A stretch of DNA of 64,000 bases from Candidatus Omnitrophota bacterium (GTDB lineage: Bacteria; Omnitrophota; Gorgyraeia; Duberdicusellales; 4484-171): the NCBI GenBank assembly GCA_024231025.1, contig JAAEQW010000150.1:239-64238 (forward strand). The letters are read 5' to 3'. Positions within the stretch are counted from its first letter, which is position 1. The number at the start of each line of letters is the position of its first letter. Positions 29,626-39,835 of the stretch are shown here, piece by piece. The notes beneath the pieces were generated by a model that had not been told where the DNA came from, searched no databases, and saw only the letters and a program-made list of their open reading frames with translations. The translations under genes and the position numbers were made by a program.

Positions 29626-31031
29626 GGAAATTTTTCGCCATCTCTTTAGTGATCATTATTTCTTCACTAGGGGTCTTTGCCGCGGATACAAGAGATTTTC
29701 GAAATTCAATAATCGATGTTGCCGCAAGTGTTGGTGGTACGGTTGTTTCAATCAGCAGCACAGTTAAGGAAAAGGTTGATCCTGGAGTTCATTCGGGATC
29801 TCCTCTTGGAGATTTTAGTGGTGAAGATTTTGGCGGGTTTTTTCAAGAGTTTTTTGGTGAATTTCCCAAAGAGCTTAAGCGCCAAGGTTTGGGCAGCGGG
29901 GTAATAATTGATAAGGATGGATATATCCTTACCAATGAACACGTTGTTTCAGACGCAAGCGAAATAAAGGTAAAGTTGTCGGATGGTCGAGATTATGATG
30001 CTCAAATAAGAGGAACCGACAAACGCAGTGATCTTGCAATAATAAAAATTGATGCAAAAAATCTTCCTGTAGCTAAACTTGGTAATTCAGATAATTTGCA
30101 AATTGGTGAATGGATGGTTGCGATCGGTAATCCTTTTGGATTTGCGATTGAGAGTTCAGAGCCTACGGTTACCGTAGGTGTTGTTAGCGCGCTTGGCAGG
30201 TATATCCCTATGTTAGGGCAGCGAAGCAGAAGTTACGATGATCTTATTCAAACTGACGCGGCAATTAATCCGGGTAATTCAGGAGGCGCGTTAGTTAATC
30301 TTGATAGTGAAATTGTAGGGATCAATACTGCGATTATCACTACAACTGGCGGTTATCAGGGCTTGGGGTTTGCTGTGCCAATAAATAAAGCTAAAAGAAT
30401 ATTGAAGAAGCTAATCAAAGGCGAAAAAATTCAGTATGGCTGGCTTGGCGTAAGCGTGCAAGATCTTAATGAGGATTTGCGTAATTACTTCGGAATTAAA
30501 GAAAAAGAAGGGGTAATTATTGTGAAGGTGTATAAGGATTCTCCCGCTGAAGATGGTAGCCTTAAAGAAGGTGACTTAATTATTAAATTCAGTGGCAAAA
30601 GCGTAAAAACGACAATGGATTTAGTTAGAATGGTTTCTTTTACCGAGGTAGACAAAAAAGTTCCGGTTACAGTTATGCGTGATGGAAAAGAAAAAGTGTT
30701 GAAAATAAAAATTGGTAAACGTCCGGCCGAAGAAGAGGATTTTGCCAAATTGTCCGAACGCGGAGATACCTTTCGCGGTATGGAAGTAGAAAATGTAAGT
30801 GCTGCTATCAAACGTAAATTTCGCATCAAAGACGACAAAGGTGCAGTTATTACCTATGTTAAAGATGGGTCATTGGCCGACAAAAGCGGGATAGAAGCAG
30901 GCGATGTGATAATTAAGGTAGAAAAAACCAAGATTGCTAATAAAGATGATTTTGACTCGGCGGTTTCAAAATTAGAAGGTAATTGCCTTATTAAAACTAC
31001 GCGTGGCTATGTTGTTTTAAAAGGAAAATGA
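29622..31031 (+). CDS. Do/DegP-family serine protease with two PDZ domains
   Basis: Signal peptide; [28 protein letters not shown]. Confidence 0.93.
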   Translation: MRKFFAISLVIIISSLGVFAADTRDFRNSIIDVAASVGGTVVSISSTVKEKVDPGVHSGSPLGDFSGEDFGGFFQEFFGEFPKELKRQGLGSGVIIDKDGYILTNEHVVSDASEIKVKLSDGRDYDAQIRGTDKRSDLAIIKIDAKNLPVAKLGNSDNLQIGEWMVAIGNPFGFAIESSEPTVTVGVVSALGRYIPMLGQRSRSYDDLIQTDAAINPGNSGGALVNLDSEIVGINTAIITTTGGYQGLGFAVPINKAKRILKKLIKGEKIQYGWLGVSVQDLNEDLRNYFGIKEKEGVIIVKVYKDSPAEDGSLKEGDLIIKFSGKSVKTTMDLVRMVSFTEVDKKVPVTVMRDGKEKVLKIKIGKRPAEEEDFAKLSERGDTFRGMEVENVSAAIKRKFRIKDDKGAVITYVKDGSLADKSGIEAGDVIIKVEKTKIANKDDFDSAVSKLEGNCLIKTTRGYVVLKGK

Positions 31032-31041
31032 TAATTTAAAA

Positions 31042-31512
31042 GTGGAAGATTACAATAAAGCTTGCAACTATTCTTTTCTTCTTTTGAAATATCGGCCAAG
31101 AAGCAAGCACGAACTAATCTTGCGACTAAAAACAAAGCAGTATTCCTCACCGGTTATTAAAAAAACTGTAGAGTTTTTACAAGAATGTAATTATATAAAT
31201 GATTCTGAGTTTGTTCCTCTTTTTGTTAGATCGTCACTGAATAAAGGATGGGGGCGGCGCAGGATTGATTATGCTCTTAAAAAATTGGGTATATCAGCCG
31301 AGCTGGCAGAAAAATTTATGCCGGCTAAAAAGGTTTATAAGGCCAAAATAAGAGAATTGATTAAAAAAAAGGTTCACTATTATAGTGGCAAAAAAAATGT
31401 GTATCAAAAAATAGTGCGTTTTCTTGTATCTCGCGGTTATGATCACGATGAAATTTATGAAGCGATGCAGAAATTAGAGGTAAAGAAATTTGAAAAGTTT
31501 AACAACAAATGA
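31042..31512 (+). CDS. recX: Regulatory protein RecX
   Basis: RPRS..EL, YIND..F, G..RI...L..LG, FL..RGY; near recA and before alaS. Confidence 0.88.
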   Translation: MEDYNKACNYSFLLLKYRPRSKHELILRLKTKQYSSPVIKKTVEFLQECNYINDSEFVPLFVRSSLNKGWGRRRIDYALKKLGISAELAEKFMPAKKVYKAKIRELIKKKVHYYSGKKNVYQKIVRFLVSRGYDHDEIYEAMQKLEVKKFEKFNNK

Positions 31513-34117
31513 ATTAAGGCGCAAGTATCTGGAATTTTTTCAAAAGATGGGTCACCGTCTTTTTTCTTCAGATACCCTTGTGCCTGACGATCCGACTGTA
31601 TTGTTTACTTCTGCGGGAATGAATCAATTCAAGCCTTATTTTTTAGGCGAAAAAAAAGATACGAAGCGGGCGGTGAGTTGCCAGAAATGTTTTCGTACCG
31701 GTGATTTAGATGAGGTAGGAAACACTCCGTTTCATCATACTTTTTTTGAAATGCTTGGTAATTTTTCTTTCGGTGATTATTTTAAAAAAGAGGCAATTGC
31801 TTTTGCCTGGGAGTTTTTAACGAAAGAACTTGGCATGAAAGAGGATTCTCTTTGGGTGTCGGTGTATAAGGATGACAAAGAAGCGTACGATATTTGGCTA
31901 AAAGACGTAGGTATTTCCAAAGAGAGGATAATTAAATTAGGCGAGAAAGACAACTTTTGGCCAGCTAATGCGCCGGCTCTTGGGCCCAATGGTCCATGCG
32001 GGCCGTGTTCTGAAATCTTTTTTGATCGTGGCACCGAGCAAGGCTGCAAAAAAGAAGATTGCTCTTTGGCATGCGGTTGTGAGCGTTTTGTTGAGGTTTG
32101 GAATTTAGTGTTTACTCAGTTTAATCGTGTTGGCGAAAATGAATTAAAACCTTTACCACAGAAAAATATTGATACCGGCATGGGTTTGGAGCGTATGGCA
32201 GCAGTATTGCAAGGCAAGTACAGTAATTTTGAAATTGATATATTGACTCCGGTAGTTGCAAAAGTGCGTAAAATTTTAAAAGTTAATGGGGCGGATAACT
32301 TAATTAATGCAATTGTTGATCACACTCGGGCTGCTGTTTTTGCGATAAATGATGGAGTGTATCCATCCAATGAAGAACGAGGTTATGTTATCAGAAAAGT
32401 TATTAGAAAAGCAGCATATAGTGCTCATCTTTTGGGGAGGAAGGAGGCGTTTTCCCATCAACTGGTTGATGATTTTGCGCAATTAATGCAGGATCCTTAT
32501 CCAGAGTTGAAAGAGAAGGCGTCAATTATCGCAAAGGTTATAAAGGCCGAAGAGGAAAAGTTTCTTTCGACTCTGCAGGATGGCGAAGCGCAATTTTCTG
32601 TTATTGCTGAAAATTTAAAAAAAGATGATACAGTCAGCGCAGAAGATTTATTTAAACTTTACGACACCTATGGGTTTCCACTTGAGTTAAGCAAAGAGCT
32701 GGCAAAAAAATATAACCTAACCCTAGACGAAAGTGGTTTCGATAGGTTATTAAAGCAACAGCAGCAGCGGTCGCGTAAAAAAAGCCAATTTTCTGAGTCA
32801 GTATTTGTTGTTGATTGCGAAAGCGAAAAAGCGATTAAAGAAAAAATTACCGAATTTGTTGGCTACGATACTTTCACATGTAAAAGCGCAATTGTCTTGC
32901 TTCGCCAAGATGATCAAAATGTTAAGCAGCTGAAAGAAGAAGATAAGGGTATGATTATTTTGCAATCTACCCCTTTTTATGCCGAAAGTGGCGGGCAGCT
33001 TTCTGATCAGGGCGTTATTAAAGGTGCGAGTGGTGAGTTTGTTGTTGAGTGTGTTGTAAAAATGGGCGAGGCGATTATTCATGTTGGAAAAGTCACACAA
33101 GGCCAAATTAATAGTGGCGAGGAAGTAGAGGTGAGAGTTCGCGACTCACGCAGGCGTGCACTAGCCCGTGCCCACACCGCAACGCATATTATGCAAGCTG
33201 CTTTACGCGTAATTTTAGGCAGTCATGTTGTGCAGCAGGGTTCATTGGTTGATGAGGATCGCTTGCGTTTTGATTTTACTCATTTTCAGGCGCTAACCAA
33301 AGACGAACTCAAAAAAATAGAACACTTAGTTAACGAATATGTATTGGATGGCATGCAAGTTAGCAAACGCTTGATGACTCTAGATGAAGCGAAGAAAGAA
33401 GGCGCTTTAGCTTTCTTTAAGGATAAATACCAGGATACGGTACGAATGGTATCGGTTGGTGAAGTTAGTTGTGAGCTATGTGGTGGAACGCATATTGATA
33501 ATAGTTCAGAAATCGGCTTGTTTCTTGTTGAAAGTGAATCGTCAATAAGTAGTGGCGTTAGAAGAATTGAGGCTGTAGTGGGAAAAAAGGCTTATAATCT
33601 TTTAACCCAGATTAAAGAGGGCATAAATGTATCAGCCGCCATGTTAAAATGCGATTATAGCGATTTGCCTGGCGCGATAGATAATCTTCGCCAAGACATT
33701 AAGAAAAAATCCGACACTATTAATTCTCTAAAAAAGAATCAGGCGTTGGGGCAGGTCGACGACATCTTAAAACATAAAAAAGATGTTTGCACAGTGCCAA
33801 CGTTAATTTATCGGATGGATGGTGCGGAGAAAGAGGATCTTCTTTGTGTTTGCGATGCGTTGCGTAAAAAAGGGACGCTATTTATTTTTATGGTTGCATC
33901 AACAAATGGCAAAAATACTTTTTTGTGTACAGCTACCGAAGATTTAATTAAGAAAAAAGTTAGTTGCAAAAAGTTTGTCACAAAACACGGGGAAGCATTA
34001 ACGTTAAAGGGTGGAGGACGCGATCATTTGGTAGGGGGCGTTGTCGGTTGCATGGGTGATGATTTTTTGATAAAAGTAGATAAAGAAATTAAGGAATTTT
34101 TAAAAATATGCGCGTAG
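31490..34117 (+). CDS. alaS: Alanine-tRNA ligase
   Basis: FTSAGM, HHTFFEMLGNFSFGDYFK, DTGMGLER, HTATH, ELCGGTH, GVRRIEA. Confidence 0.98.
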   Translation: MKSLTTNELRRKYLEFFQKMGHRLFSSDTLVPDDPTVLFTSAGMNQFKPYFLGEKKDTKRAVSCQKCFRTGDLDEVGNTPFHHTFFEMLGNFSFGDYFKKEAIAFAWEFLTKELGMKEDSLWVSVYKDDKEAYDIWLKDVGISKERIIKLGEKDNFWPANAPALGPNGPCGPCSEIFFDRGTEQGCKKEDCSLACGCERFVEVWNLVFTQFNRVGENELKPLPQKNIDTGMGLERMAAVLQGKYSNFEIDILTPVVAKVRKILKVNGADNLINAIVDHTRAAVFAINDGVYPSNEERGYVIRKVIRKAAYSAHLLGRKEAFSHQLVDDFAQLMQDPYPELKEKASIIAKVIKAEEEKFLSTLQDGEAQFSVIAENLKKDDTVSAEDLFKLYDTYGFPLELSKELAKKYNLTLDESGFDRLLKQQQQRSRKKSQFSESVFVVDCESEKAIKEKITEFVGYDTFTCKSAIVLLRQDDQNVKQLKEEDKGMIILQSTPFYAESGGQLSDQGVIKGASGEFVVECVVKMGEAIIHVGKVTQGQINSGEEVEVRVRDSRRRALARAHTATHIMQAALRVILGSHVVQQGSLVDEDRLRFDFTHFQALTKDELKKIEHLVNEYVLDGMQVSKRLMTLDEAKKEGALAFFKDKYQDTVRMVSVGEVSCELCGGTHIDNSSEIGLFLVESESSISSGVRRIEAVVGKKAYNLLTQIKEGINVSAAMLKCDYSDLPGAIDNLRQDIKKKSDTINSLKKNQALGQVDDILKHKKDVCTVPTLIYRMDGAEKEDLLCVCDALRKKGTLFIFMVASTNGKNTFLCTATEDLIKKKVSCKKFVTKHGEALTLKGGGRDHLVGGVVGCMGDDFLIKVDKEIKEFLKICA

Positions 34118-35325
34118 TAAGAAATGTAAATAGCTTGGAGAAGCTTCTCCTAAAACGGCGGGTTCGTAAGAACAAAATTGATGAACGGGTAAGCAAAATT
34201 ATTAAAGGGGTTGCCCAACGTGGAGACGATGCCCTAGTTGAATATACAAAAAAATTCGATAAAGTTAAAATTTCAAATAAAGAGTTACGTGTTACCGAAA
34301 GCGAAATAAGCGCAGCTTTTAATGAACTGGATTCTTCGCTGGTTAAAACCTTTAAAGTAGCAATCGACAATGTAAGTCGTTTCTATAAGCATCAAATTCC
34401 AAAAGCAGTTAGAATAAAAGACCCCAATGGTAAAACCACACTTACTCGCTATATTCCTTTAAACAGGGTTGGTGTTTATGTTCCAGCGGGAACCGCGCCT
34501 CTTGTTTCATCGGTGTATATGGCAGTGATTCCAGCTTTAGTGGCCGGAGTGAAGGAAATAGTCCTAGCGACTCCGCCAAGGGCAGATAAATGCGTTAATC
34601 CTTTTATTCTAGCGGTTGCGTCACTTCTTAAGATAAAAAAAATATACCGTATTGGAGGTGCTCAAGCTATTGCAGCGATGAGTTTGGGAACAAAAACTGT
34701 TGAGCGAGTCGATAAGATAGTTGGCCCAGGTAATGAGTTTGTAACTGAAGCGAAGCGTCAGGTTTTTGGTAAAGTTGACATTGATATGTTGGCCGGGCCA
34801 AGCGAAGTTGTGATTATTGCTTCAAAAGATGCTAATCCCGAACATATCATTGCCGATGTAGAGGCGCAAATGGAACACCATAATGGGATTGGGATCCTTG
34901 TTACTAATTCGCGTAAAATTATTCGTGAAGTAAGGAAAAGAAAAGTTGCCGGTTTTGCTTTGCGTGTTAGAAATTTAGATGAAGCCTGTTCTGTGGCAAA
35001 TAGAATTGCGCCGGAACACTTAGAGATTCTAACAAAGAAGCCGGCTGCGCTTTTAAAGAAAATTACAAATGCCGGTGCAATATTCTTAGGCGAAAACACT
35101 CCAGTTGCATTGGGCGACTATACTGCCGGACCAAGTCACGTTCTTCCAACTGGGGGTAGTGCTAGATTTTTTTCGTCGCTTTCAACTCGAGAATTTTTAA
35201 AAGAAGTGCATGTAATAAACTATACAAAACGGGCTTTGCAAGAAGAAGCCGAAGTTCTAGAGAAGATTGCGTCATTAGAGGGAATGAATAAACATATTGA
35301 AAGTGTAAAAAAGAGACTTATCTAA
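34108..35325 (+). CDS. hisD: Histidinol dehydrogenase
   Basis: GGAQAIAA, GPGN, DMLAGPSE, APEHLE, GDYTAGPSHVLPT. Confidence 0.96.
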   Translation: MRVVRNVNSLEKLLLKRRVRKNKIDERVSKIIKGVAQRGDDALVEYTKKFDKVKISNKELRVTESEISAAFNELDSSLVKTFKVAIDNVSRFYKHQIPKAVRIKDPNGKTTLTRYIPLNRVGVYVPAGTAPLVSSVYMAVIPALVAGVKEIVLATPPRADKCVNPFILAVASLLKIKKIYRIGGAQAIAAMSLGTKTVERVDKIVGPGNEFVTEAKRQVFGKVDIDMLAGPSEVVIIASKDANPEHIIADVEAQMEHHNGIGILVTNSRKIIREVRKRKVAGFALRVRNLDEACSVANRIAPEHLEILTKKPAALLKKITNAGAIFLGENTPVALGDYTAGPSHVLPTGGSARFFSSLSTREFLKEVHVINYTKRALQEEAEVLEKIASLEGMNKHIESVKKRLI

Positions 35326-35340
35326 CAATTGCATGTTGTT

Positions 35341-35364
35341 GTAGGGGCCGGTCGTGACCGGCCC
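35341..35364 (+). repeat. GTAG-type REP hairpin
   Basis: GTAG-GGGCCGGT-cgtg-ACCGGCCC. Confidence 0.8.
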
Positions 35365-35395
35365 TTTACAAAATATAAAATTTCAAAAAGGAGAA

Positions 35396-36016
35396 ATGAT
35401 GAGAAAGGCGCAAATAAAGAGAAAGACAAACGAGGTCGACATTAATGGTGCATTTGTAATTGATGGCAGCGGACAAACTAGTGTTAAAACGGGTTTTGAG
35501 CCGCTTAATCACCTGCTTACTCTTTTTGCTTTTCATGGTCTTTTTGATCTAAACCTTGATGCAACAGGGGATCTCCCCCATCATATTATCGAAGATGTCG
35601 GTATTGCTTTAGGCAAGGCTTTTAAGGAGGCTTTGGGCGACAAAGCGGGTATTAATCGTTATGGTTCATTTTCAGCAACAATGGATGAGGTTGTGGTTGA
35701 GGCAAATATTGATATTAGCGGTCGGCCAAAATTAACTTGTAATATTATTGCAGAGAATAAAGATGAGATTGAAAATGTTCTTAATAATGGTAAGTTTGAT
35801 GACACATCTTTTACCCATAAGGACGCGGGTGAATTTCTAAACGCATTTATTCAGCATGCTGGCTTAAGCCTTGTGGCTATAATCAAATCTGGTCCGGAGG
35901 ATTTACACCATCTGCTTGAGGCATTATTTAAGGCAATGGGCAAAGCGCTTGATCAAGCTACACAAATTGATCCTCGGCGCAATGGTGTTCCTTCAACAAA
36001 AGGAATCATTGATTAG
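35396..36016 (+). CDS. hisB: Imidazoleglycerol-phosphate dehydratase
   Basis: RKTNE, HHIIEDVGI, MDE, DISGRP, HHLLEALFKA, PSTKG. Confidence 0.93.
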   Translation: MMRKAQIKRKTNEVDINGAFVIDGSGQTSVKTGFEPLNHLLTLFAFHGLFDLNLDATGDLPHHIIEDVGIALGKAFKEALGDKAGINRYGSFSATMDEVVVEANIDISGRPKLTCNIIAENKDEIENVLNNGKFDDTSFTHKDAGEFLNAFIQHAGLSLVAIIKSGPEDLHHLLEALFKAMGKALDQATQIDPRRNGVPSTKGIID

Positions 36017-36188
36017 CGGTAAGTCGTAAGTATTAAGTACGAATCAAGGAGAGATTTGGAATTGATAAATTTAAAAAATTGAATAATGATTATGATGAAA
36101 TTGGGAAAATCTTAAATGGGTTGTATAAGAAGCTTAATTCTTAATCCTTATAACTTATGATTTATAACTTACTACTTATGACTGACTC
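36017..36188. repeat. Inverted heptamer arms (..TAAG / CTTA..) enclosing a gene remnant
   Basis: Left cggtaag tcgtaag tattaag; right cttaatt cttaatc cttataa cttatga tttataa cttacta cttatga. Confidence 0.85.
36050..36144 (+). pseudogene. Remnant of a four-helix-bundle (23S rRNA IVP-like) protein gene, C-terminal helix
   Basis: 36064-36144 reads DKFKKLNNDYDEIGKILNGLYKKLNS*, resembling the E-I-x-K-x-L-N-G-L end of TIGR02436/PF05635 proteins; no start codon. Confidence 0.55.
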
Positions 36189-36803
36189 ATGACTATCATA
36201 GTTGACTACGGAATGGGTAATTTGCGCAGTGTTGCAAAGGCGGCTGAGCATCTTGGTAAGGGAGTGCGTATCTCTGATAAGGCGTCAATTATTGATAAAG
36301 CAACAAAGATAGTTTTTCCTGGAGTAGGGCATTTTGCCGGGGCAGTAAAAGAGTTAAAGAAGAGAAAGCTTATTCCTGTTTTAAAGAAAAAAATTAAAGA
36401 CGGAATTCCGTTTCTTGGGATATGTGTGGGGATGCAGTTATTGTTTGAGAGTAGCGAAGAGGCTCCGGGTGTTAAGGGCCTTGGGGTTGTTGAAGGCGTT
36501 GTAAAAAAATTTAAAAACACCAAATTAATTGTTCCGCATATGGGTTGGAACCAGGTACAGACCAGAGACCAGAGACCAGAGACCAGAGACATTTTTGATG
36601 GGGTGGATGATGGGAGTTATTTTTATTTTGCTCACTCATACTACTGTAAACCAAAGAAAAATAAAACAATTTTAACCACAACTAATTACGGAATAAACTT
36701 TGCGTCATCTTTACGTCAAGATAATGTGTGGGGAGTGCAGTTTCACCCTGAGAAGAGCCAGAAATTAGGATTAAAAGTATTCAATAATTTTCTAAATTTA
36801 TGA
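36189..36803 (+). CDS. hisH: Imidazole glycerol phosphate synthase glutaminase subunit
   Basis: DYGMGNL, PGVG, GICVGMQ, PHMGWN, QFHPEKS. Confidence 0.96.
   Translation: MTIIVDYGMGNLRSVAKAAEHLGKGVRISDKASIIDKATKIVFPGVGHFAGAVKELKKRKLIPVLKKKIKDGIPFLGICVGMQLLFESSEEAPGVKGLGVVEGVVKKFKNTKLIVPHMGWNQVQTRDQRPETRDIFDGVDDGSYFYFAHSYYCKPKKNKTILTTTNYGINFASSLRQDNVWGVQFHPEKSQKLGLKVFNNFLNL
36559..36590 (+). repeat. (AGACCAG)4 heptamer tandem inside hisH
   Basis: agaccag x4 + agac, encoding QTRDQRPETRD. Confidence 0.9.
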
Positions 36804-36849
36804 TTATGATGTTCGATCCGAAATATATAATTGAAAAAAAATTGATTAT

Positions 36850-36886
36850 GGGTCTATGGTCTGTGGCCTATAGTCTGTGGTCTAAC
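36850..36886. repeat. GGTCTAT/GGTCTGT degenerate heptamer array before hisA
   Basis: ggtctat ggtctgt ggcctat agtctgt ggtcta. Confidence 0.75.
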
Positions 36887-36888
36887 TC

Positions 36889-37605
36889 ATGAAGTTAATA
36901 CCTGCAATTGATTTATGGGATGCCAAGGCGGTAAGGTTTTTACGCGGTGATCCCTTCATGTCAAAGGTTTACAGCGACAACCCAGTTGAGGTTGCTAAGC
37001 GTTGGGAGGCAGAAGGCGCAAAGATTTTGCATGTCGTTGATTTATCGGCAGCGCTGGATCAAGGAGACAATTCTTCTTTAGTTGAGGAAATAATAAAGAC
37101 AGTAAATATTCCAGTTGAGATTGGTGGTGGAATACGGACAATTGAAAGGGCAAAAGAGTTAATTGATATCGGGGCCGAGAGGATCATTGTTGGCACCAAA
37201 AGCGTGGAAGAAGAGTTTTTAGATGAACTGATTGCAACAGTTGGAGCCGATAAATTAGCAATCGGGGTAGATGTAATAAACTCAGTTGTAGCAGTTGAAG
37301 GGTGGAAATTAAAGACAACAATCAAGGGCGATCAATTTATTCCTTATCTGCAGAAAAAGGGGATAAAGTGGATAATTTATACCGATATTTCTCGTGATGG
37401 CACCCTAAAAGGGCCAAATATCGGTGGAATTCAGACATTTTCAGAACTTTCCGGGGTAAACTTTATTGCTTCGGGAGGAGTATCTTGTCTTGATGATTTA
37501 AGGGCTTTAAAGGATCAAGCGCCCTTTATTTGGGGGGTTATTACTGGCAAGGCTCTCTATGAGGAAACCTTTACTTTGAGCGAGGCCAACGCGATTTTTG
37601 AATAA
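36889..37605 (+). CDS. hisA: ProFAR isomerase
   Basis: IPAIDL, HVVDL, GGGIR, YTDISRDGTL.G, IASGG, GKALY. Confidence 0.95.
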   Translation: MKLIPAIDLWDAKAVRFLRGDPFMSKVYSDNPVEVAKRWEAEGAKILHVVDLSAALDQGDNSSLVEEIIKTVNIPVEIGGGIRTIERAKELIDIGAERIIVGTKSVEEEFLDELIATVGADKLAIGVDVINSVVAVEGWKLKTTIKGDQFIPYLQKKGIKWIIYTDISRDGTLKGPNIGGIQTFSELSGVNFIASGGVSCLDDLRALKDQAPFIWGVITGKALYEETFTLSEANAIFE

Positions 37606-37625
37606 TAAAAAAAATTCTAAAAATA

Positions 37626-37653
37626 TTGACAATTCTCTAGAATATGGTATAAA
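37626..37653 (+). promoter_or_regulatory. Promoter of rplM-rpsI
   Basis: TTGACA-N16-TATAAA with extended TG. Confidence 0.7.
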
Positions 37654-37710
37654 AGATACTTACTTGTCCCATTAACCTTATTTTACGGGACGATAAAGGA
37701 GATTCGTAGG

Positions 37711-38145
37711 ATGAAGAAGACAAAGTTTTTCAATAAAGAAGAAAGAAAGTGGGTGCTCATCGACGCGAAAGATAAAGTGCTAGGCAGGCTTGCTGTGCGT
37801 ATCGCAATGATTTTGATGGGTAAGACCAAAGCGACTTATTCGCCTAATTTTCTTTGTGGCGATCAGGTAGTTGTTATTAACGTAAAAGATATAGTTGTTA
37901 CTGGAAACAAAGAGAGCGATAAAATTTACGATAAATACACCGGTTTCCAAAGCGGACGAAAAGAGATTACTTATAAGGAGCTAAAAGAGAAAAATCCTTC
38001 AAAGATTCTTTATTACGCAGTTAAGGGAATGTTGCCGAAAAATTGGCTAGGTAAAAGAATGATTCGTTCCTTAAAAATTTACCCGGATAATCAACACGCG
38101 CATCAGGCGCAACAACCACAAACAATAGAGGTTCTTAATGGTTAA
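37711..38145 (+). CDS. rplM: 50S ribosomal protein L13
   Basis: W..IDA...LGRLA, GD.VVVIN, AVKGMLPK. Confidence 0.97.
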   Translation: MKKTKFFNKEERKWVLIDAKDKVLGRLAVRIAMILMGKTKATYSPNFLCGDQVVVINVKDIVVTGNKESDKIYDKYTGFQSGRKEITYKELKEKNPSKILYYAVKGMLPKNWLGKRMIRSLKIYPDNQHAHQAQQPQTIEVLNG

Positions 38146-38542
38146 AAGTGATAAAGATTTATTTATGGCTACAGGAAGAAGAAAGACGTCTATCGCCAGA
38201 GTAAGAGTAAATACCAGTGGCAAAGGAAATATCAGAGTTAACGGAAGAGAGCTTGGGGGTTATTTTTTTACCGTTGATCAACGTACCCAGGTTACTAAAG
38301 TTATGACTGTTGTTGATTTAGAAGGCAAAGTTGATGTTGCTGCCAATGTATGTGGAGGGGGATTAAGTGGCCAAGCCGGTGCCGTCAGTTTAGGTGTGGC
38401 AAGATGTTTGGTTGAATGGAACCCCGAATTTAGAGCCGTCTTCAGAAAAGAGGGCTTACTTACCCGCGATCCTCGCGCCAAAGAACGAAAAAAATACGGA
38501 CGCAAAGGCGCTCGCAAACGATTCCAGTGGACCAAACGTTAA
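38138..38542 (+). CDS. rpsI: 30S ribosomal protein S9
   Basis: GRRKTSIARV, GGGLSGQAGA, LTRDPR.KERKKYG, QWTKR. Confidence 0.98.
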   Translation: MVKSDKDLFMATGRRKTSIARVRVNTSGKGNIRVNGRELGGYFFTVDQRTQVTKVMTVVDLEGKVDVAANVCGGGLSGQAGAVSLGVARCLVEWNPEFRAVFRKEGLLTRDPRAKERKKYGRKGARKRFQWTKR

Positions 38543-38636
38543 TTTTGGTTCTTCTATAATTTACTAAAATTTTTTAGTTTATGTGTGTGCTCAAACTTCT
38601 TGACAATCAAAGTTTGATGAGTTAATGTAATTTACC

Positions 38637-39821
38637 ATGTTTACCAATATTGAAGACATTATCAGTGATTTCAAGCAGGGAAGGCCGGTTATTGTTGTTG
38701 ATGACGAAGGCCGTGAAAATGAAGGCGATTTGGTTGTCGCTGCTCAATTTGCTACTCCAGAAGTAATTAATTTTATGATCAAAGAGGCACGAGGGCTAGT
38801 TTGCGTACCTCTTAGGAGTGAGCGTATTCGTCAACTTGATTTGGGTCCGATGCATCAACACAACCAGGATCCGTTTAAAACTGCTTGGCGAATATCAGTC
38901 GATGGAGCGAGCGGCATAACTACTGGAATTTCCGCGTTTGATCGAGCACGAACAATCCAAATTTTAATTGATCCTCAAAGCAGTCCGACAGATTTAAGCA
39001 GACCAGGGCACTCATTTCCTTTAGAGGCTAAGGATGGCGGAGTATTGGTGCGTGCCGGTCACACTGAGTCGGCGGTTGATTTGGCCAAGTTGGCTGGCTT
39101 AAACCCATCCGGTGTTATCTGTGAAATAATTAAGGAAGATGGATCAATGGCCAGGCTTGTTGATCTAATTGAATTTTCTAAAAAACATAATTTAAAAATT
39201 TGCACAATTGCTTCGTTAATTGAATATAGAAGAAAGAAAGAAAAATTGATAAATCTTATTGAAAAAGTTAAACTCCCATCAAAGCATGGGGAGTTTGATC
39301 TTTATCTGTATGAATCAGTGCTAGATGGCAGCGAACATATTGCTTTGGTGAGCGGAAAGATTAACGATGAACCAATTTTTGTAAGAGTGCATTCCGAATG
39401 TCTTACCGGTGATGTGTTTTCTTCTCGTCGTTGTGATTGTGGATCGCAGCTTGAAAATGCGATGGAAACGATCGGAAAAAATGGCGGTGCGCTTCTTTAT
39501 ATGCGTCAGGAAGGAAGAGGAATTGGGCTTAAAAATAAAATGAGGGCCTATTCTTTGCAGGAGAAAGGTGCCGATACAGTTGAGGCGAACGAAATGCTTG
39601 GATTTGCGCCGGATTTACGTGATTACGGTATTGGCGCGCAGATGCTAGTTGATTTAGGCGTAAAAAAAATAAAGTTACTTACCAACAATCCTAAGAAGAT
39701 TATTGGACTTGAAGGGTATGGACTTGAAATTACAGAGCGCATTCCGGTTAAAATAAAAGCATGTGACAGCAATCGTCGCTATCTCGAAACAAAAAAAGAT
39801 AAAATGAATCATATGCTATGA
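38637..39821 (+). CDS. ribBA: Bifunctional DHBP synthase / GTP cyclohydrolase II
   Basis: DDEGRENEGD, RAGHTE, RVHSECLTGD, RCDCG, QEGRGIG, LLTNNP. Confidence 0.97.
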   Translation: MFTNIEDIISDFKQGRPVIVVDDEGRENEGDLVVAAQFATPEVINFMIKEARGLVCVPLRSERIRQLDLGPMHQHNQDPFKTAWRISVDGASGITTGISAFDRARTIQILIDPQSSPTDLSRPGHSFPLEAKDGGVLVRAGHTESAVDLAKLAGLNPSGVICEIIKEDGSMARLVDLIEFSKKHNLKICTIASLIEYRRKKEKLINLIEKVKLPSKHGEFDLYLYESVLDGSEHIALVSGKINDEPIFVRVHSECLTGDVFSSRRCDCGSQLENAMETIGKNGGALLYMRQEGRGIGLKNKMRAYSLQEKGADTVEANEMLGFAPDLRDYGIGAQMLVDLGVKKIKLLTNNPKKIIGLEGYGLEITERIPVKIKACDSNRRYLETKKDKMNHML

Positions 39822-39835
39822 AATATAAATTTGCA

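Noticed and set aside
37660-37700. L13 leader RNA hairpin (GTCCC...GGGAC)
   Set aside because: Only a 5-bp stem; it cannot be supported without a covariance model.
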